The notes beneath the pieces are model-generated. The model did no database searches and was not told the DNA's origin. It worked only from the letters and a program-made list of their open reading frames with translations. A program made the translations under genes and the position numbers. This document shows positions 1 to 13,650 of a stretch of DNA of 64,000 nt, piece after piece (position 1 is the stretch's first letter; each line of letters opens with the position of its first letter). Source of the stretch: Podospora anserina (taxonomy: Eukaryota); NCBI GenBank assembly GCA_017654855.1, contig CM030337.1:2170001-2234000 (forward strand), in the 5' to 3' direction.

Positions 1-569
1 GGATCTGGCGAGGAGGAAGCCCGAGTTGATTTTTGAGGATGGGAGGCCGTATGAAATATCGTGAGGGTGGCTTCTGGGGTTTGATTCGGCTTGGTTATCT
101 CTCTTGTTCTTCTTCTTTTCGGATAGCATTGGGCATTGGTGACTGGTTATCATATCATTCAGAGGCAGCTGTGATGGCTGGAGTCTTGTATACCTTGGCT
201 ACTTTCTCGACTCGTAAGAAATGACGATATTATTCTCCCGACGCACAACAGCAGGGTTATGGAATTCAGCGGTACGTTGGAAACAAATTCGAGCTGGCGT
301 CTGCCGTTTGCGACCATGAGAGGGGCTGAAGGAAAGCTGATGGTCATGTCAGATCACCTCGGTCAGCCTGACCATCAAGGTACCCATGAAGAAGAGGGAA
401 ATGTGCTCGGGAACGACAACAGAAGCCGCTGCCAACATGTATTCGCGGGCAGTGTGATGAGTTGGTGAGAAAAACAAAGTAATTAATTTTACTGTTCGTT
501 TATCATTACTCCTCCCTGTTCCCTTTCCACTCAGACAAGCCTTCATCAATTCAGCGTAACGCCCCCCTT

Positions 570-1154
570 CTAGCCCGTCATATCAACATCCCCATCATCA
601 TTCCCCCCCCTCCTCGCAACAACCGCCTCCGCCTCAGCCTCCAACTGCGCATTCGGATCCCCAGCATCACTCATGCTCAAAATCCTGCTCCGTTGAACTC
701 CCCCATCCGGCGAACTCCCAGCCCCATTGGCAGCGACCTTGTGTTTCTTCCCATTGGGCATCCCCCCCTCAGGCTGATCCCCACTCGGTTTATCCCCGCC
801 CTTGACCCTCGTTCTGGCAGCAGCGGCTTTGCCTTTGACGTCCTTGTAGGAGGTCGTCTTGGGGACCACGTCCTCGAGGAATTCCAAGTTGTCCTGGTGG
901 GCGACGGCGTTGGCAATGTCTTTGTACTGGATGTTTCGGCGGGGTTTCCGTTCGAGTTTTGTTTTCTCCTGGGCTTGTTCGGCGAGGTACTGGACGAACA
1001 TTTCGGTCGCGAGGGTGATGACGAAGGCTGCGTTGTTGGAGCAGACTTGGATGTCGGGGTCTTGGGCGATGATTTTTTTGACGCGGGTGAGGGGGAGCTG
1101 GGTTTGGCCGGTGACTTCCTTGCGGGGGGGGATGGCGGTGGTGTTGTAGGGCAT
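570..1154 (-). CDS. Histone-fold protein (Dpb3/Dls1/POLE4/CHRAC-type, CBFD_NFYB_HMF family)
   Basis: Intronless 194-aa ORF. LPLTRVKKIIAQDPDIQVCSNNAAFVITLATEMFVQYLAE...RRNIQYKDIANAV...NLEFLEDVVP is the H2A-like histone fold typical of Dpb3/Dls1/NF-YC-like proteins, followed by a disordered tail. Confidence 0.85.
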   Translation of the reverse strand: MPYNTTAIPPRKEVTGQTQLPLTRVKKIIAQDPDIQVCSNNAAFVITLATEMFVQYLAEQAQEKTKLERKPRRNIQYKDIANAVAHQDNLEFLEDVVPKTTSYKDVKGKAAAARTRVKGGDKPSGDQPEGGMPNGKKHKVAANGAGSSPDGGVQRSRILSMSDAGDPNAQLEAEAEAVVARRGGNDDGDVDMTG

Positions 1155-1655
1155 CTTGATGAGATGGGGAGTGAGGGTTGGCGAGATGGAGGATTCGGTG
1201 TGGTGAGGGTGGTTACTTCTCTTGAACTGTGTCTCTGAAAAGAAGCATTGGCGCTTCGGGTGAAGCTGGTATGAATCGGCCGTCGTTGCTGATCAGACTG
1301 ATACCTGATGATGTGAATGAGGCTGTCGTCAAGTCAAAAGATCAAGACACGGCGCGTGAGACGCGATCAAAGGGTCCATGGCGCGCGCATCCAATCAAAT
1401 CCACAGGCCTCAAAGAGAGGCGTCGTTGAGAACCCCACCGAAAGCTGCCAGGGACGAACGAGTTGAATTAGCGGCTGAGCCAAGCCTTTTTCCAGGCGGG
1501 GGGGACCCCTCTGATTGAGAGCCGCCGAGTCCACCACACCACATGTCATCAGCCTTGTAGCGACGCAATCGCGATCACCAGCCTCCTCTTGATTTCCAAG
1601 TCAACCACCTAATGACCCAAAGACCGCCAGCGACAAACAGGTGGCCCGGGGCGCC

Positions 1656-4459
1656 ATGAATCCGCAATCACGATCGACGTCCTACTCGTCGACCCTAGCA
1701 CCACGAGCAGTGCGACGCCCGTCCGTCAGCTCGAGACTGTCCTTTGCGGTTTCCAACGCCGAGAGGGGGGAGAACAGTAATGGCCAGGGGATGGCGGTGC
1801 AACACCAGATAGAGGAGGAGATAGCAAAGATCAAGCGCTACGAGGTTGGTGGTCCTCTCCTCGTTCACGTTCGTGGACCATTAGCTAACATCTTCTTGTG
1901 TGCTTAGGATTTCACAACCATCGGTATGCTCCTCCCAACCCTCATGACCATGGGCGCATTGCCAGCACTGACCAAACTCGGAAAACAGACTGGGTGCAAG
2001 ACGCCGCCCGCGAACAACTACGCAGAAAGTCACGAAGGAAACGAACCGCGGGTCTCTACGACACAGGCCGATTCGACTGGAAGCAGAGGATACTAGAGTC
2101 TTACGAGGCAGCACAGGGATGGATCGTCGTAACCATCATCGGCGCCGCTATCGGCCTCAACGCCGCCCTTCTCAACATCATCACCGAATGGCTTTCCGAC
2201 ATCAAGCTTGGGTATTGCAAGACGGGGTTCTACCTGAACGAAAACTTTTGCTGTTGGGGGGAAGACAACGGGTGCGCCGACTGGCATAGGTGGACGGGGT
2301 TTGAGCCAGTGAATTATGTTATTTATATCATATTTGCGGTTGGTGTTGACGGGATGCCTTTGTGCTCTGAAATTATGCTGACTGGGGGACAGATTTGTTT
2401 CTCTTTTACGGCAGCGACGCTTGTCAAGTCATACGCCCCCTACGCGGCTGGATCGGGCATCTCAGAGATCAAATGCATCATCGCAGGCTTTGTCATGAAG
2501 GGCTTTCTTGGTTTCTGGACCCTCCTCATCAAATCCATCGCCTTACCTCTCGCCATCGGTTCTGGTCTCTCGGTTGGAAAAGAAGGGCCCAGCGTCCACT
2601 ACGCCGTCTGCACGGGCAACGTCATCTCGAGAATGTTTACCAAGTACAGACGAAACGCCTCCAAAACCAGGGAGATCCTCAGCGCGTGCGCCGCGGCAGG
2701 TGTGGCGGTTGCTTTTGGCAGTCCCATCGGAGGTGTGCTCTTCTCTCTTGAAGAGATGTCTAGTTACTTCCCCCTCAAGACAATGTGGCGCAGTTACTTT
2801 TGCGCTCTGGTCGCGACGGCTGTTCTCGCGGCCATGAACCCTTTTCGTACTGGACAGCTGGTTATGTTCCAGGTCAAGTACGACAGGACGTGGCACTTTT
2901 TCGAGGTGGTGTTTTACATCATCATTGGGATCTTTGGGGGGTTGTATGGTGCTTTTGTCATGAAGTGGAACCTGAGAGTGCAGGCGTTTCGGAAGAAGTA
3001 CCTGTCCAACTACGCCATCTTGGAGGCGACACTGCTGGCGGCCGCGACGGCGATTGTCTGCTACCCCAACGCGTTTCTGAGGATTGAGATGACGGAGAGC
3101 ATGGAGATTTTGTTTTTGGAGTGTGAAGGCGCGGAGGATTACCACGGGTTGTGCGAGCCGGATCATCGGCTGAGGAACGTGGTTTCGTTGTTGGTGGCTA
3201 CGGTGGTGAGGGTTTTCTTTGTTATTATCTCGTATGGGTGCAAGGTGCCGGCTGGGATATTTGTGCCGAGCATGGCGATTGGGGCGTCGTTTGGGAGGAC
3301 GGTGGGGATTATCGTGCAGGCGTTGCATGAGGCGAATCCGGGGAGCGTGTTCTTTTCGACGTGCCAGCCGGATGTGCCGTGCATCACGCCGGGAACGTAT
3401 GCGTTTTTGGGGGCGGCGGCAGCATTGAGCGGGATCATGCATATCACTGTTTCGGTGGTGGTTATTATGTTTGAGCTTACGGGGGCGCTGACTTACATCC
3501 TTCCGACGATGATTGTCGTCGGGGTGACCAAGGCAGTCAGCGAGTTGTTTGGGAAGGGGGGGATAGCGGATAGGATGATTTGGTTCAGCGGGTTTCCCTA
3601 TCTTGACAACAAGGAGGACCACAATTTTGGGGTGCCCGTGTCCCACGCTATGATTGCGGATGTGGTGTCGATCCCTTCGACGGGTCTCACGCTCAAGGCG
3701 GTGGAGCGACTCCTCTCCAAGGACTCTTACCAAGGTTTCCCAATTGTGGACGACGAAAACAACAAGATCCTGCTAGGTTACATTGGCCGGACGGAGCTCT
3801 GCTACGCGGCTGAGCGCGCGAGGAAAGAGAGGACCCTTTCGCCTCTGGCAAAGTGCACCTTTGCTCCTCGGACTAACATCGAACCAATCCCGACAATCTA
3901 CGCCCCGGCCACCCCTTCTTCGTCTTCCGCTCCATATGGGGAGCAACACGAACCAGACTACAGCACCTCGACCCAGACGACGATTGATTTCTCGCCTTAT
4001 ATCGACCTCACGCCCTTGTCGGTCCACCCTAGGTTGCCGTTGGAGACGGTGATGGAGCTGTTTCGAAAGATTGGCCCGAGGGTGGTGCTGATCGAGCATA
4101 GGGGGCGCCTGATGGGGTTGGTCACGGTGAAGGACTGTCTGAAGTATCAGTTCAAGGCTGAGGCGGCAGAGCATGGGGAGCGGGAGAGGGAGATGCTGGG
4201 GATTGAGGAGGAGGGGCAGGAGAGGGTTTGGGAGGTTATGAGGGGGGTTGCGGGGTGGGTCAGTGACAGGGTGTCGGGGTGGAGTGGGGGGAGGGTTAGG
4301 TTGAGGGATAGCTGGGAGGGGAGTAGGAGGCAGGAGGCAGGGGGGATATTGGAGGGGACGGAGATGGAGCTTGATGAGGGGGGTGGGGGGTTGGAGCAGG
4401 ATGGTGAGGATGATGATGGTGGTGGGGGAACGAGGCGGAGGGGGAGTACAAGGAGGTGA
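1656..4459 (+). CDS. CLC family chloride/proton exchanger (Gef1/ClC-3-like) with CBS domains
   Basis: Exons 1656-1844, 1908-1923, 1989-2338, 2393-4459. GT..AG introns with CTAAC/CTGAC branch sites restore YEDFTTIDWVQD. Motifs GSGISE, GKEGP (gating Glu), LFSLEE (proton Glu), GIFVPS, and C-terminal CBS-like segments (YQGFPIVD, TPLSVHPRLPLETVMELFRKIG). Confidence 0.95.
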
Positions 4460-5915
4460 TGTGCGGTTATGAATCTAGAAGAGATGTGTGTATGATGTAT
4501 GTGTAAGGCGTTTTGGGAAACGGGGTGGGTTTTTTGGGTTATCACAACAAATATTGTGTTTGGGTAATGGGAGGTGCGGGAGATGGGATGGGGGTGTATT
4601 TAGCGCTTTATTTTGCGCAATGGAAGATAGAAATCTAGTCGCACTGTCAAAGTGCGTTGTTACACAAGGACGGACCCATTTGTTTGGCGGAAAAGGGGGG
4701 CCCGGGGGGGAGCGGATGCGGGACCGGAACGGAACCGCGCCCGGTGGTAGCCGCCACTTGCCCCCCCTAGAGCACGGCATGAGATTGTGGTCCAATCATT
4801 TGGTTCGGGGAAGACGGAGGTTCGACAAGGGGTTTCAACATGGCATAGAGATTTCTACCCTTGCTCCCTGCTGGGGAGCTTGATTGTAGGTAGAGACATC
4901 ACTGAAACCTCTGACGCCGTTTCGATTTCAGCCATCCTACCGTCCCTTTGCCTATCACTCGCTGTCTCACCGACGAGTGGCAGAGATGAAGATGTTCGTG
5001 ACCGTATCTTGTGTTCAGCCAGTCGGCCTGTGCTTTGCATTGGCGTCGTGTTGGCTGGATGCAAGACGAACCTTGACGGTGCATGGAAACTCTAGGTGGA
5101 AAAGGTCGTACAGCTGACCAAATGTAGTTTTTCAGGGTCTCCTTGCGAGACGTTACCCAACACCATCTGCCTATCGTAAAGACCTGCATGTTTTCGTGGT
5201 GTTCATCTGAACAATGGCCTTGTCAAGACCCGTTCGGACCATGGTGAACACATCAAGCGATCAACGGGTATTGGACAGAAGGTCCGTGCCACCTTCAAAG
5301 ACTCCAACGCCGGCCCACCCGATTGATAGAGTGACGACACCAACATTCTTGAAGTTGGTCCTCCAACTTGCTTCCACCTCCCATGCCACCCTTAATACCA
5401 TCGCGAAACCACCAGAAATCCAACACGAACAAGGTTTCGGCTGTGGTTTTCGTTTTCTGACGCTGGCTGCTGTATCCGACGATATTTGGGCTCTCCGACT
5501 TGGAATAACGTAAAGAAACGGGTCACATGGTCTGGTTAGCCGTGCCACCCCTCCAGATGACCCACCGAGATCGGTGCCAACCGGCAGGATAGCGCCGCTG
5601 TGGTTCAACCACCCCCGGGGTGACTGCCTCCCAGTTGGAAGTCCCTTCCACCGCCATTTTGTCCTTTTCAACATCCTCAAACCCCATCCTTTATCCTATC
5701 TATCGACCCTCAAGACTCCTCTGAACAACCACAAGACATCAACAACATCCTTATTGATTGTTGACCATCCTTTGGACTATCATCCCCTCTGTGAATCTTA
5801 TTGCCGGCCATCCCGTTGAGCTCCACACCAACGGACAGTATCGGAGCCCTTCCAACCCGTCAACCATCTTGCAACGTGTTCCTCCCAAGTCGCAGTCCGC
5901 TTCGCAATCTTCAGT

Positions 5916-6656
5916 ATGGCGGTTGGTATCGTTCAGACTGTCCGCCCTGGCACCCTGGCTGCCTTTGAGTGCAGCCTCAATGTCGACGTGAACCGCTTCG
6001 ACAGGCTGGTCCTGGCACTCAAGGAAGCTCTAGGACCATCATCTGGTCTGACGTCGGACGATGTGGACGTCGAGTTCCTGACCAAGCTGATGAAGGACTA
6101 CAAGTCCGACGAGAGGGAATGGGCCAAGTTCGCCATGGGCGACGCTAGCAGAGGATACACTAGGAACCTAGTGGACGAAGGCAACGGCAAGAGCAACTTG
6201 GTATGTCTCCCCGCCCAGTGTTGACCCCTGACGGGAGGGTTTGTTTACTTGCCCCTGAGCAATTGACTGATTGGACGAAAACAGCTTGTTCTCGTGTGGT
6301 CTCCTGGAAAGGGGAGCCCCATCCATGACCACGGCAACGCGCATTGCCTGATGAAAATCCTCCGCGGCGACTTGACAGAAACGAGATATGCCTTTCCCGA
6401 GGCGGGTGAGGAGGAGGAGAAGCCAATGAAGGTGATATCGGAGAAGGTGTACAAGGAGAACCAGGTAGCATACATGGCCGATGAGCTCGGTGTACACAGG
6501 GTCTGGAACAGAAGCAGCGACTTCGCTGTCTCACTTCACTTGTACACGCCACCAAATGTTGCGAAGGGGGGTTGCCATATCTTCAATGAAGAGACAGGGA
6601 AGAAAAGCCACATCAAGAACTGCGGGTACTACTCGGCGTATGGAAAGAAGTTGTGA
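5916..6656 (+). CDS. CDO1: Cysteine dioxygenase
   Basis: Exons 5916-6200 and 6285-6656 (intron GTATGT..ACAG). Motifs [42 protein letters not shown] and SLHLYTPP supply the 3-His iron site, the Cys/Tyr cross-link residues and the substrate Arg. Confidence 0.95.
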
Positions 6657-8346
6657 GAAAGGGGAGGCTGTTGTTGTCATGGGAATAATAAGGGAAGCCG
6701 GCGTTTGGTTGTCAGCACTTGCTGCTCGGAGTTGGAGGGATTTGCTTTTGGATAATGATCATGACCACACCAAGTAGCGTAGTGATAATGCAGACTGATT
6801 TGACAATGAGAGATGTACTTCCCTATGAACTGAACATTGTTGTTGTTGTCCTCGACTGTTGAAGCGTGCCATCGTGATGTGGATAATGGTCCAAAGGAGG
6901 AAGTGGCTCTCGGGGTACTGGTTGTCAAATGCTGGATGAGTGTCGCATCGCAACAAAAGGGGTACCGATGGAATACAGGGGAAAGGGAGACATCTCCAGG
7001 CGGTCGCAGGTGCTGTAGAGAAGAGGAAATAGGGAGAAAAGGAGGAGAAAGGGTCGATGTCGTCGACACCTCAAGGCCATGCTCTTACAACCCATCCATT
7101 TTGGGACTAGCGCGGATTGCACCATCGATTGCCAATGAGAAACAGACCCACTCTGGGGCACCCTTCACCGTGGGCTGTCACGGGACTCGGCACGTGTTTC
7201 CTTCGAGGCATCTGTCATTCACCGTTCAGTCCTGAGCGGCTTCTTTGAGGAATCCATGGCCTCAGCACAGTCTGTTGAATCAGTATGCATATGCCCCTCC
7301 CGTGGATTCATCATAGCCACGACCGTGGTGACGATGTCTTCTTCGTCGTCTACTCTCGGGATCTTCGGCTTAACTCGGGGGGAACGACTTGCTCAGCGTC
7401 GCAGGATCAGTTCTTATAGATCCTTCTAATGCGATGCTACGCACTTCGAAATGAACCAGCAAGTCTTCCAGCATGCACGGTTCTCGAGTCCGATTGTTCA
7501 CCAGCGCAAACTTCTCCTCGTGAGCCGGAGGGAATGAAGCCGGTCCAGGGCTCCCGTCTTTCTTACCTTCCTATCTGACCGGGTTGTGTAACCCATCACC
7601 AAGTACCGATCTGTGCCGTCCGATGTGCCTGACTTCGGATGTTGCTGTCTCGTTTTATCTGACACTTGCGTTACCCACAAACGGTTTCTCCCACGTTTAC
7701 CAGCTACGCAGGAGTACAGACTACGCCAATCAAGCCGCGTTCAAACAAAGCCTTGTTCCTGGTGGCTGGTTACCTGGCAATAAAACAGGTCCTGGGCCCT
7801 GTGGAAGCTAATGTTCCGCGTGTCACTCCAAGTCGAGACACCGCCATGCTTTTGAACGAAACAGTGGATTTCATTCTCACTTGAGCGGTCTGGAGCAAGG
7901 CTCTTTCTGGATCCTCTCCAAGAAGTGATCGCTGGTGGACAACTTGGGGATGGTTGACTGAGGCACAGCACTTTGCGTCAACCAGTCGGACAGCCCTTAG
8001 ATTTCTGCAACCCGACGCAGCCTACCTTATTTTCGCACTTGTCTGTTTGCATGACACCTTTGCCGCAGAGACGCAGCGGCGATCGTGAGGAAATCGTCCA
8101 AGAGCCCATCGTTCATCCCGAAGCGCCGCAGCCGGGGCCCCTCTGCTCAGCATAGCACCCGTGGCACCCGGACCGGCAGTGTGTAATCTGACATATGTCC
8201 ATACTTGAACGGACTTGCTTCTACATTGTTCGTTGACAGCCACATTTACACAACTATTTGTTCCTGACCCACATGCTTCCGCCTCGTTCTGGTGTGTCAC
8301 TTCAAACTTGGCGATGAGGATATTGGGCATATCTTGAGACTTCAAG

Positions 8347-9793
8347 ATGGCGGCAGAGGATCCCCATGCTCCGGAGAACGAGATCGACAGCCTGACCCCT
8401 CTACCGCTGGATCACCGTCGAGGTCTCTGGGGTGTTTCCGTCCTGGCCGGCCTGTCGTTTGTTTCTTCTACGGTTCTCCTCGTGTATCTCACCGTCAAGC
8501 TCGTGCGATGGCACCTCAAGCAATGGAGATTGGAACGGCAACAGTCTACAGACGCTCAGGCACCTTCGTCGATCGATCTCACGCTTGGGCTTGCAGAGCG
8601 ACATTTCTTTCCACCGTGCAGGAGGAACAACAGCCGCGGCAGAGAGAATGCCGAGTCGACACCACGCAAGAAGGCATACCCAAACCAGTTCCTCGTCTTG
8701 GTTTATAACCTTCTCCTGGCCGATATCCACCAAGCCAGCGCTTTTTTGCTGAACGCAGTCTGGTTAGGAAGAGATGGTATCATCGTTCACACTCCCGCGT
8801 GCTGGGCTCAGGGATGGCTTGTTTCCACCGGCGACCTCTCGTCAAGCTGCTTCATCACCGCCATCGCCGTCCACACCTATCTGGCAGTAGTCCGGAACTA
8901 CACCCCTCCGCAACGCGCAGTTTACGCCACCGTTATTGGGCTCTGGGTGTTCAACTACCTCGTGGCGGGTCTGGGGGTTATCATCACCAGGAACGGAGCA
9001 GACGGCGGGGGGTTGTACGTTAGAGCCGCAGCCTGGGTAATGCCTCCCTGCCTTCCCTCCCCTTTTAATCGTCATACTAACAACCCGCCAGTGCTGGATC
9101 AACATCCACTACGAAACCCACCGCCTGGTCCTCCACTACCTCTGGATCTTTGTCTCTCTATTCCTCACCTCGGCGCTTTACATTTCTGTCTTTTTATCTC
9201 TGCGTGCAAAATCCCACACCGAAAGTAGACTAACCCGCTCCCAGCCAAAACCCCTGCCATCCAACCAGCAACAAAAAGCGTTTTTGCTTTATCCCCTAAT
9301 CTACATAATCTGCACCCTGCCCCTCGCTCTCGGGAGGATAGCCACCATGGCTGGGGCTCATGTCCCAATATCGTATTTTTGTACGGCGGGGGCCTTGATT
9401 GCGAGTAATGGATGGTTGGATGTGCTACTTTGGGGGGTGACGAGGCATAGGTTGATTTTTACCGAGGGGGGGATAGATTCGGAGGAGTCGGGGATTGGGA
9501 GTTTCGGGGTGCCCGAGTTGGGGATGGGGGGGTGGAGGGGGAGCGGGATTATTAGGACGCCGGTGGGGAGGAGGTTTGGGAATCTGGTTTGGGTGCATGC
9601 TGCTGCTGGGAAGGGGGAGGAGGGGAGGGGGAGGGGGAAGGGGAGGGGGAGGAATAAGAGTGATAGTCAGGAGACGTTGACTGGGATGATGGGGGGTGGG
9701 GATGGGGGGAGGGGGGAGAGGGGGGGGATAAAGATGGATACGGTTACTAGTGTTACTGTTGTTGATGTTGGGGAGAGGGGGAAGGGGTTGTAG
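8347..9793 (+). CDS. Git3/Gpr1-like seven-transmembrane G-protein-coupled receptor
   Basis: Exons 8347-9036 and 9092-9793 (intron GTAATG..CTAAC..CAG restores AAAW-CWI). Multiple hydrophobic helices; motifs NQFLVLVYNLLLAD, CWAQGW, IAVHTY, LYPLIYIICTLPL and NGWLDVLLW are typical of fungal Git3-type receptors. Confidence 0.8.
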
Positions 9794-12700
9794 AGAGTGA
9801 GGGGAGTGAATGAAGATGACTTTGTACGGATGAAAATCGCCTCAAAGGTTGAAGAGCTTTCCAACTTTTGTACCCACAACTGCCGAGTAGCCTCTGTGGT
9901 TCTTGCCGTGTTTGTGAGTTGGATTAAGTGATCCTCCTTGGCGACTGCGCGGTCAGCTCGCAAGGTTTTACAACGTCCTTCCAACTTGGATATCAGCCCG
10001 ACTAGAGTACCTCTCCTTTATCCACGACAGGAAGCGGCCGGCGACAACACCGACGTAGACAGCCAACCAACACCCCTTTCCAGCCTCCGTCTTCGACATC
10101 ACCATTGATATCCCACTTCCCATTCTAAAACCGAACCCCGCCGGGCAGCAACCGTCACCCTCACTCCCAAGACAAGACCAACCTGTCTTGCCATGTCACT
10201 ATCACACCTCAATCTCGACTTTCCACCAACTTGATATTACACCAACCACCCTCGTCCTCATCCCTGCATCTCTCTCCACATATAGCTACAAACCCAACTC
10301 CCAACAACACACCACCCGTCCCTCCCAAAGAAACCAAAGTCCATCTCCTTCCCACCACCGAGACCCCTCATCCGCTCTACCGACACCAGAAACTCCTCAG
10401 GTAGTTTTGGGGGTCATAGGGGGTTGGGAATCATGTCAAGTATTGGAAGGGAAAACCGGGATGTCGGTGGGGGTCGTTAACGTTGCGTCACATGTCACCA
10501 GGAGGTGCAGTTGCGGTTGGAGTTGGTTGTTTCAAACTGGGGAACGTCGATATGGTACGGGCTGTTCTGATGTAGAAAAGGGTGAGAGGTTTGGTTTTTC
10601 AAGTCTGAATAGGCAAGGTTGCCGAGTTTCATCGAGGCCCATGTTATCTTTGACCATCTCTTGAGGCGTGGGCGGCATCATAATCTGCGTCAAGTCACCT
10701 TGGTGTGTCATGATTGTGTTGCTACTGGATTGAATTGAATAGGTGGGTGCTATAGACACCGGGCTAAGATTTTTGTGCCCGGTGCGAGACTGGTGTTTGA
10801 TATCCAGAGAAGGGCTCTGAGTTGTACAGTGAACTGACCAACGTGGATAAAGTCAACCATTTCCCACATAGATAAACCCACCTGTGTCGTGTCTTGGTTC
10901 AACCTTGCAATAGCCCATCAAGTGACGGGCAACAACACCTCGCAATACCCCTCAGCTTCCTATCCACAATCTCGTTAGAGCATATCCTCCCCAGCTGAAA
11001 TCAAAACCCCCCCCCAACTGCATCAAAAATTCCCTAATTTCTCCCTCTCACGATAGTTTTTTTGCTTCCCTCCAACTTCGTGTTTGCATTCCCAGCTGAC
11101 GTCGTTGCGGCTGTGTAGCCACTAGAACCTTTGCCACCACACCAAGTCGAGGCATATCGTCACTCGCCAAGTCTTCAAGACACAACAGCCCGTGGTTCCG
11201 ATAGGACCGGCAGACCAGGAGAGCAGGAGCTGGCCCCTCATATGTACCTGTATGCAGGTGCTCAACTGACGATAGTTGCTTCAACTTTGGTTTTGCCGAT
11301 CTTATCCGCCGCGGGAAGCCCATTGCCCTGAATACCGAAACCTGAAGGTGTGAAGAGACTGCGCCGCTATGCTGCAGCAGTTAGTTTTCGAACCGGTGCG
11401 TGGCTCATACCAAGCCCACCCACCAACCCAACCCGAAGTGGTGTTGCTACAAAGCTGAAAGGTTATAGTCTCAGGATGTGAGCCACGCGAGTTTCCAGAA
11501 TAGCGGTTAGATTGCCGATCCTTTCTCGAATGTCACGTCTAGAATGAAACCCTCGATGGCCAAATGCGGGTGAGCTGGAAGTGACCATTGCTTGGTTTCA
11601 AGCTCGAGACATATGGGCGGTGCCGCAGTGCTGCTGTTGCATATGGTACCATAAGCAGTATAGATTGGACGAGATGGCGGTGAGTCGGTGCTCAGTGGGT
11701 TTTATTTTCTCTTGTCTGTTGTTTTTTTGACTGCGCCGTTGAGGAAATACAACGCCTACACAAGGTCCCTGCTGGGAATGAAGCTTTGGCCAAGGAAGAG
11801 ACAACAAGTGGGATGGGGTTGGAGATGGTGAGGAACCAACGAGATAGATGGTTGCCCATTTTTGTCCGTTCTTGCTGCGCTGGCAAACATGCATAGACTG
11901 CGCCATGGGGTCGCGCAAGATTCGGCCAGTGGCCGGAATGACGATGTGGAATGACATAGCGAGATGTTGACGAGAAAACGGGCGATTCTTTGGATGAGTT
12001 GTCTGATTGAAGAAGTCCTTATCGTGTAAGTGATAAGGGTGGGGTTAGGGTTGGCGACAGGAAGACCAACCCGCATGAAATGGGCTGCTGCATGAGAAGG
12101 TCTCTTGCTCATCACGCTCGGTCTGGGTTCTCCGGGAGTTTTGTTGATGTACTCGCTCGAACCATTCCTAGGTTCATCCATGCTGTCTACAACTTTTACA
12201 GTTCATGCCGGACGGGATGTCGTTGTTGCAGAAAGAGCTGTTTGAGCTGGCCCCCAGATGCTATGCCCTGGCGATCAGTCGGTAGCGACCGCCGTCTGAG
12301 AGACCCTCTTCCCATCCGTTGTCAGCAAAATCTGGAGAAGGAGCTCGGCAAGCGTCAGATGCGAGAAGGCGGCGCTGCTCGAGCTCATGATGTGAAGTCG
12401 TACAAGCTCCGAGGTGTTCGGAGGAGGGACGGGAGGGGTGCAGGGTGGATCCTCAGAGTGAAACAAGAGATATGCCCCTCTCATCTTCCAAAAATATCAG
12501 ATGCTAGCGGCATTCACACCAGACTATCACACTGTATCTACATCATTATTTTCACCGAAAAGACATCAAAGCCTTTTTGAATCAGAGTCACGAGATGCAC
12601 CATCTCGCCCCACTGCAACTTCAAGGGTAGCTTACTTCTTCAGCTGCTGCACCGCTGCCAGGAATTTTTAAGGGTTCTCATGGCGGCTTCCTGCACGATC

Positions 12701-13650
12701 TGCCTCTCTTCCAAGGCCTGTGCAGGCCTGCTTCCCAGCCGTGCATGCTGAGGCGAGGCGCGGACCACCATCTGACGGATCTTATAAGCGGCTGAAGAGT
12801 TGAGATGCTCCCATGATCGGCAACAGGGTAATAATTAGATACTGAAAAGAGAGAGAGAGAAAGAGAGATCATAGATATCTTCACACTTCATCCCGTCGTT
12901 CTGGACATTGGGTTTGGCTAGGCAATTGGGACTGCAGGATCCGGCCGCTTCACCGACACCACCCGGCAGTAGCGAGAAGTGACCAAGACCAACAAATCTC
13001 GAGGCGTCCCCAATCACGCGTCAACGCCCCGAAGCTGCGCGCTGAGGACCACCGAACACGACCCAGTGCCGTGCGCGCCGCGGCGGCGAAGGGCAGCTCT
13101 GACCCAATGACCGATATCCTCGCACTCAGGTCATAAACAGACACCAAAACATCGACTTGGCTGTAGAAGTTCTGTGAGCTGTCCCACGTGGAAATAACGG
13201 TTGATATCAAAACAGCCACAGCCAATAACCTGATCCTTCACAGCACCTTTTCAAACAGATCTGGTGTTGTCAACAACGATACCCGGCATCTGAAGAAAGT
13301 GTGTGCCAGACTTATCAAGGTCCCGACACCCTCCAATCTCACCTCACATAATAAGTCCTGTTCCAATTCTCACCCCGAGCGGGAGACCAACAGCGCCGTC
13401 TTTACTTAATTCCTGGAGATATCAAGGCTCATGCACCCCTGGCTTGGTCAAACCGACGCTGTGACGATCTAACGCGGCCTTGCCCGCATCCCGCCATCCC
13501 CACCTCCGCAGTCCAACTTGGCTTATTCGAAAGCGCGGAAATCGTCAGTTGCGAGAAGGCCAGAGATATTAATAAATGCTACGGACAGAACAGCCCAGGC
13601 AGAGGGATTTCAAGAGGAGAACTGGGGCTGTGGGAAGGACATCAGATACT

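Noticed and set aside
1-129. Minus-strand frame open to the window edge (MLSEKKKNKRDNQAESNPRSHP...)
   Set aside because: Only 43 codons are visible with no recognisable motif; cannot be supported as a gene start.
2543-3733. 396-aa antisense ORF over the CLC gene
   Set aside because: Shadow ORF caused by the codon bias of the sense gene; His/Arg/Pro-rich with no protein-like features.
6645-6656. C-terminal KKL of cysteine dioxygenase as a peroxisomal PTS1
   Set aside because: Does not fit the canonical (S/A/C)(K/R/H)(L/M) consensus, and nothing else supports it.
10188-12580. Several 90-166 aa ORFs in the long intergenic region
   Set aside because: Mostly non-ATG starts with no motifs and no consistent splice model; possibly decayed sequence but not demonstrable.
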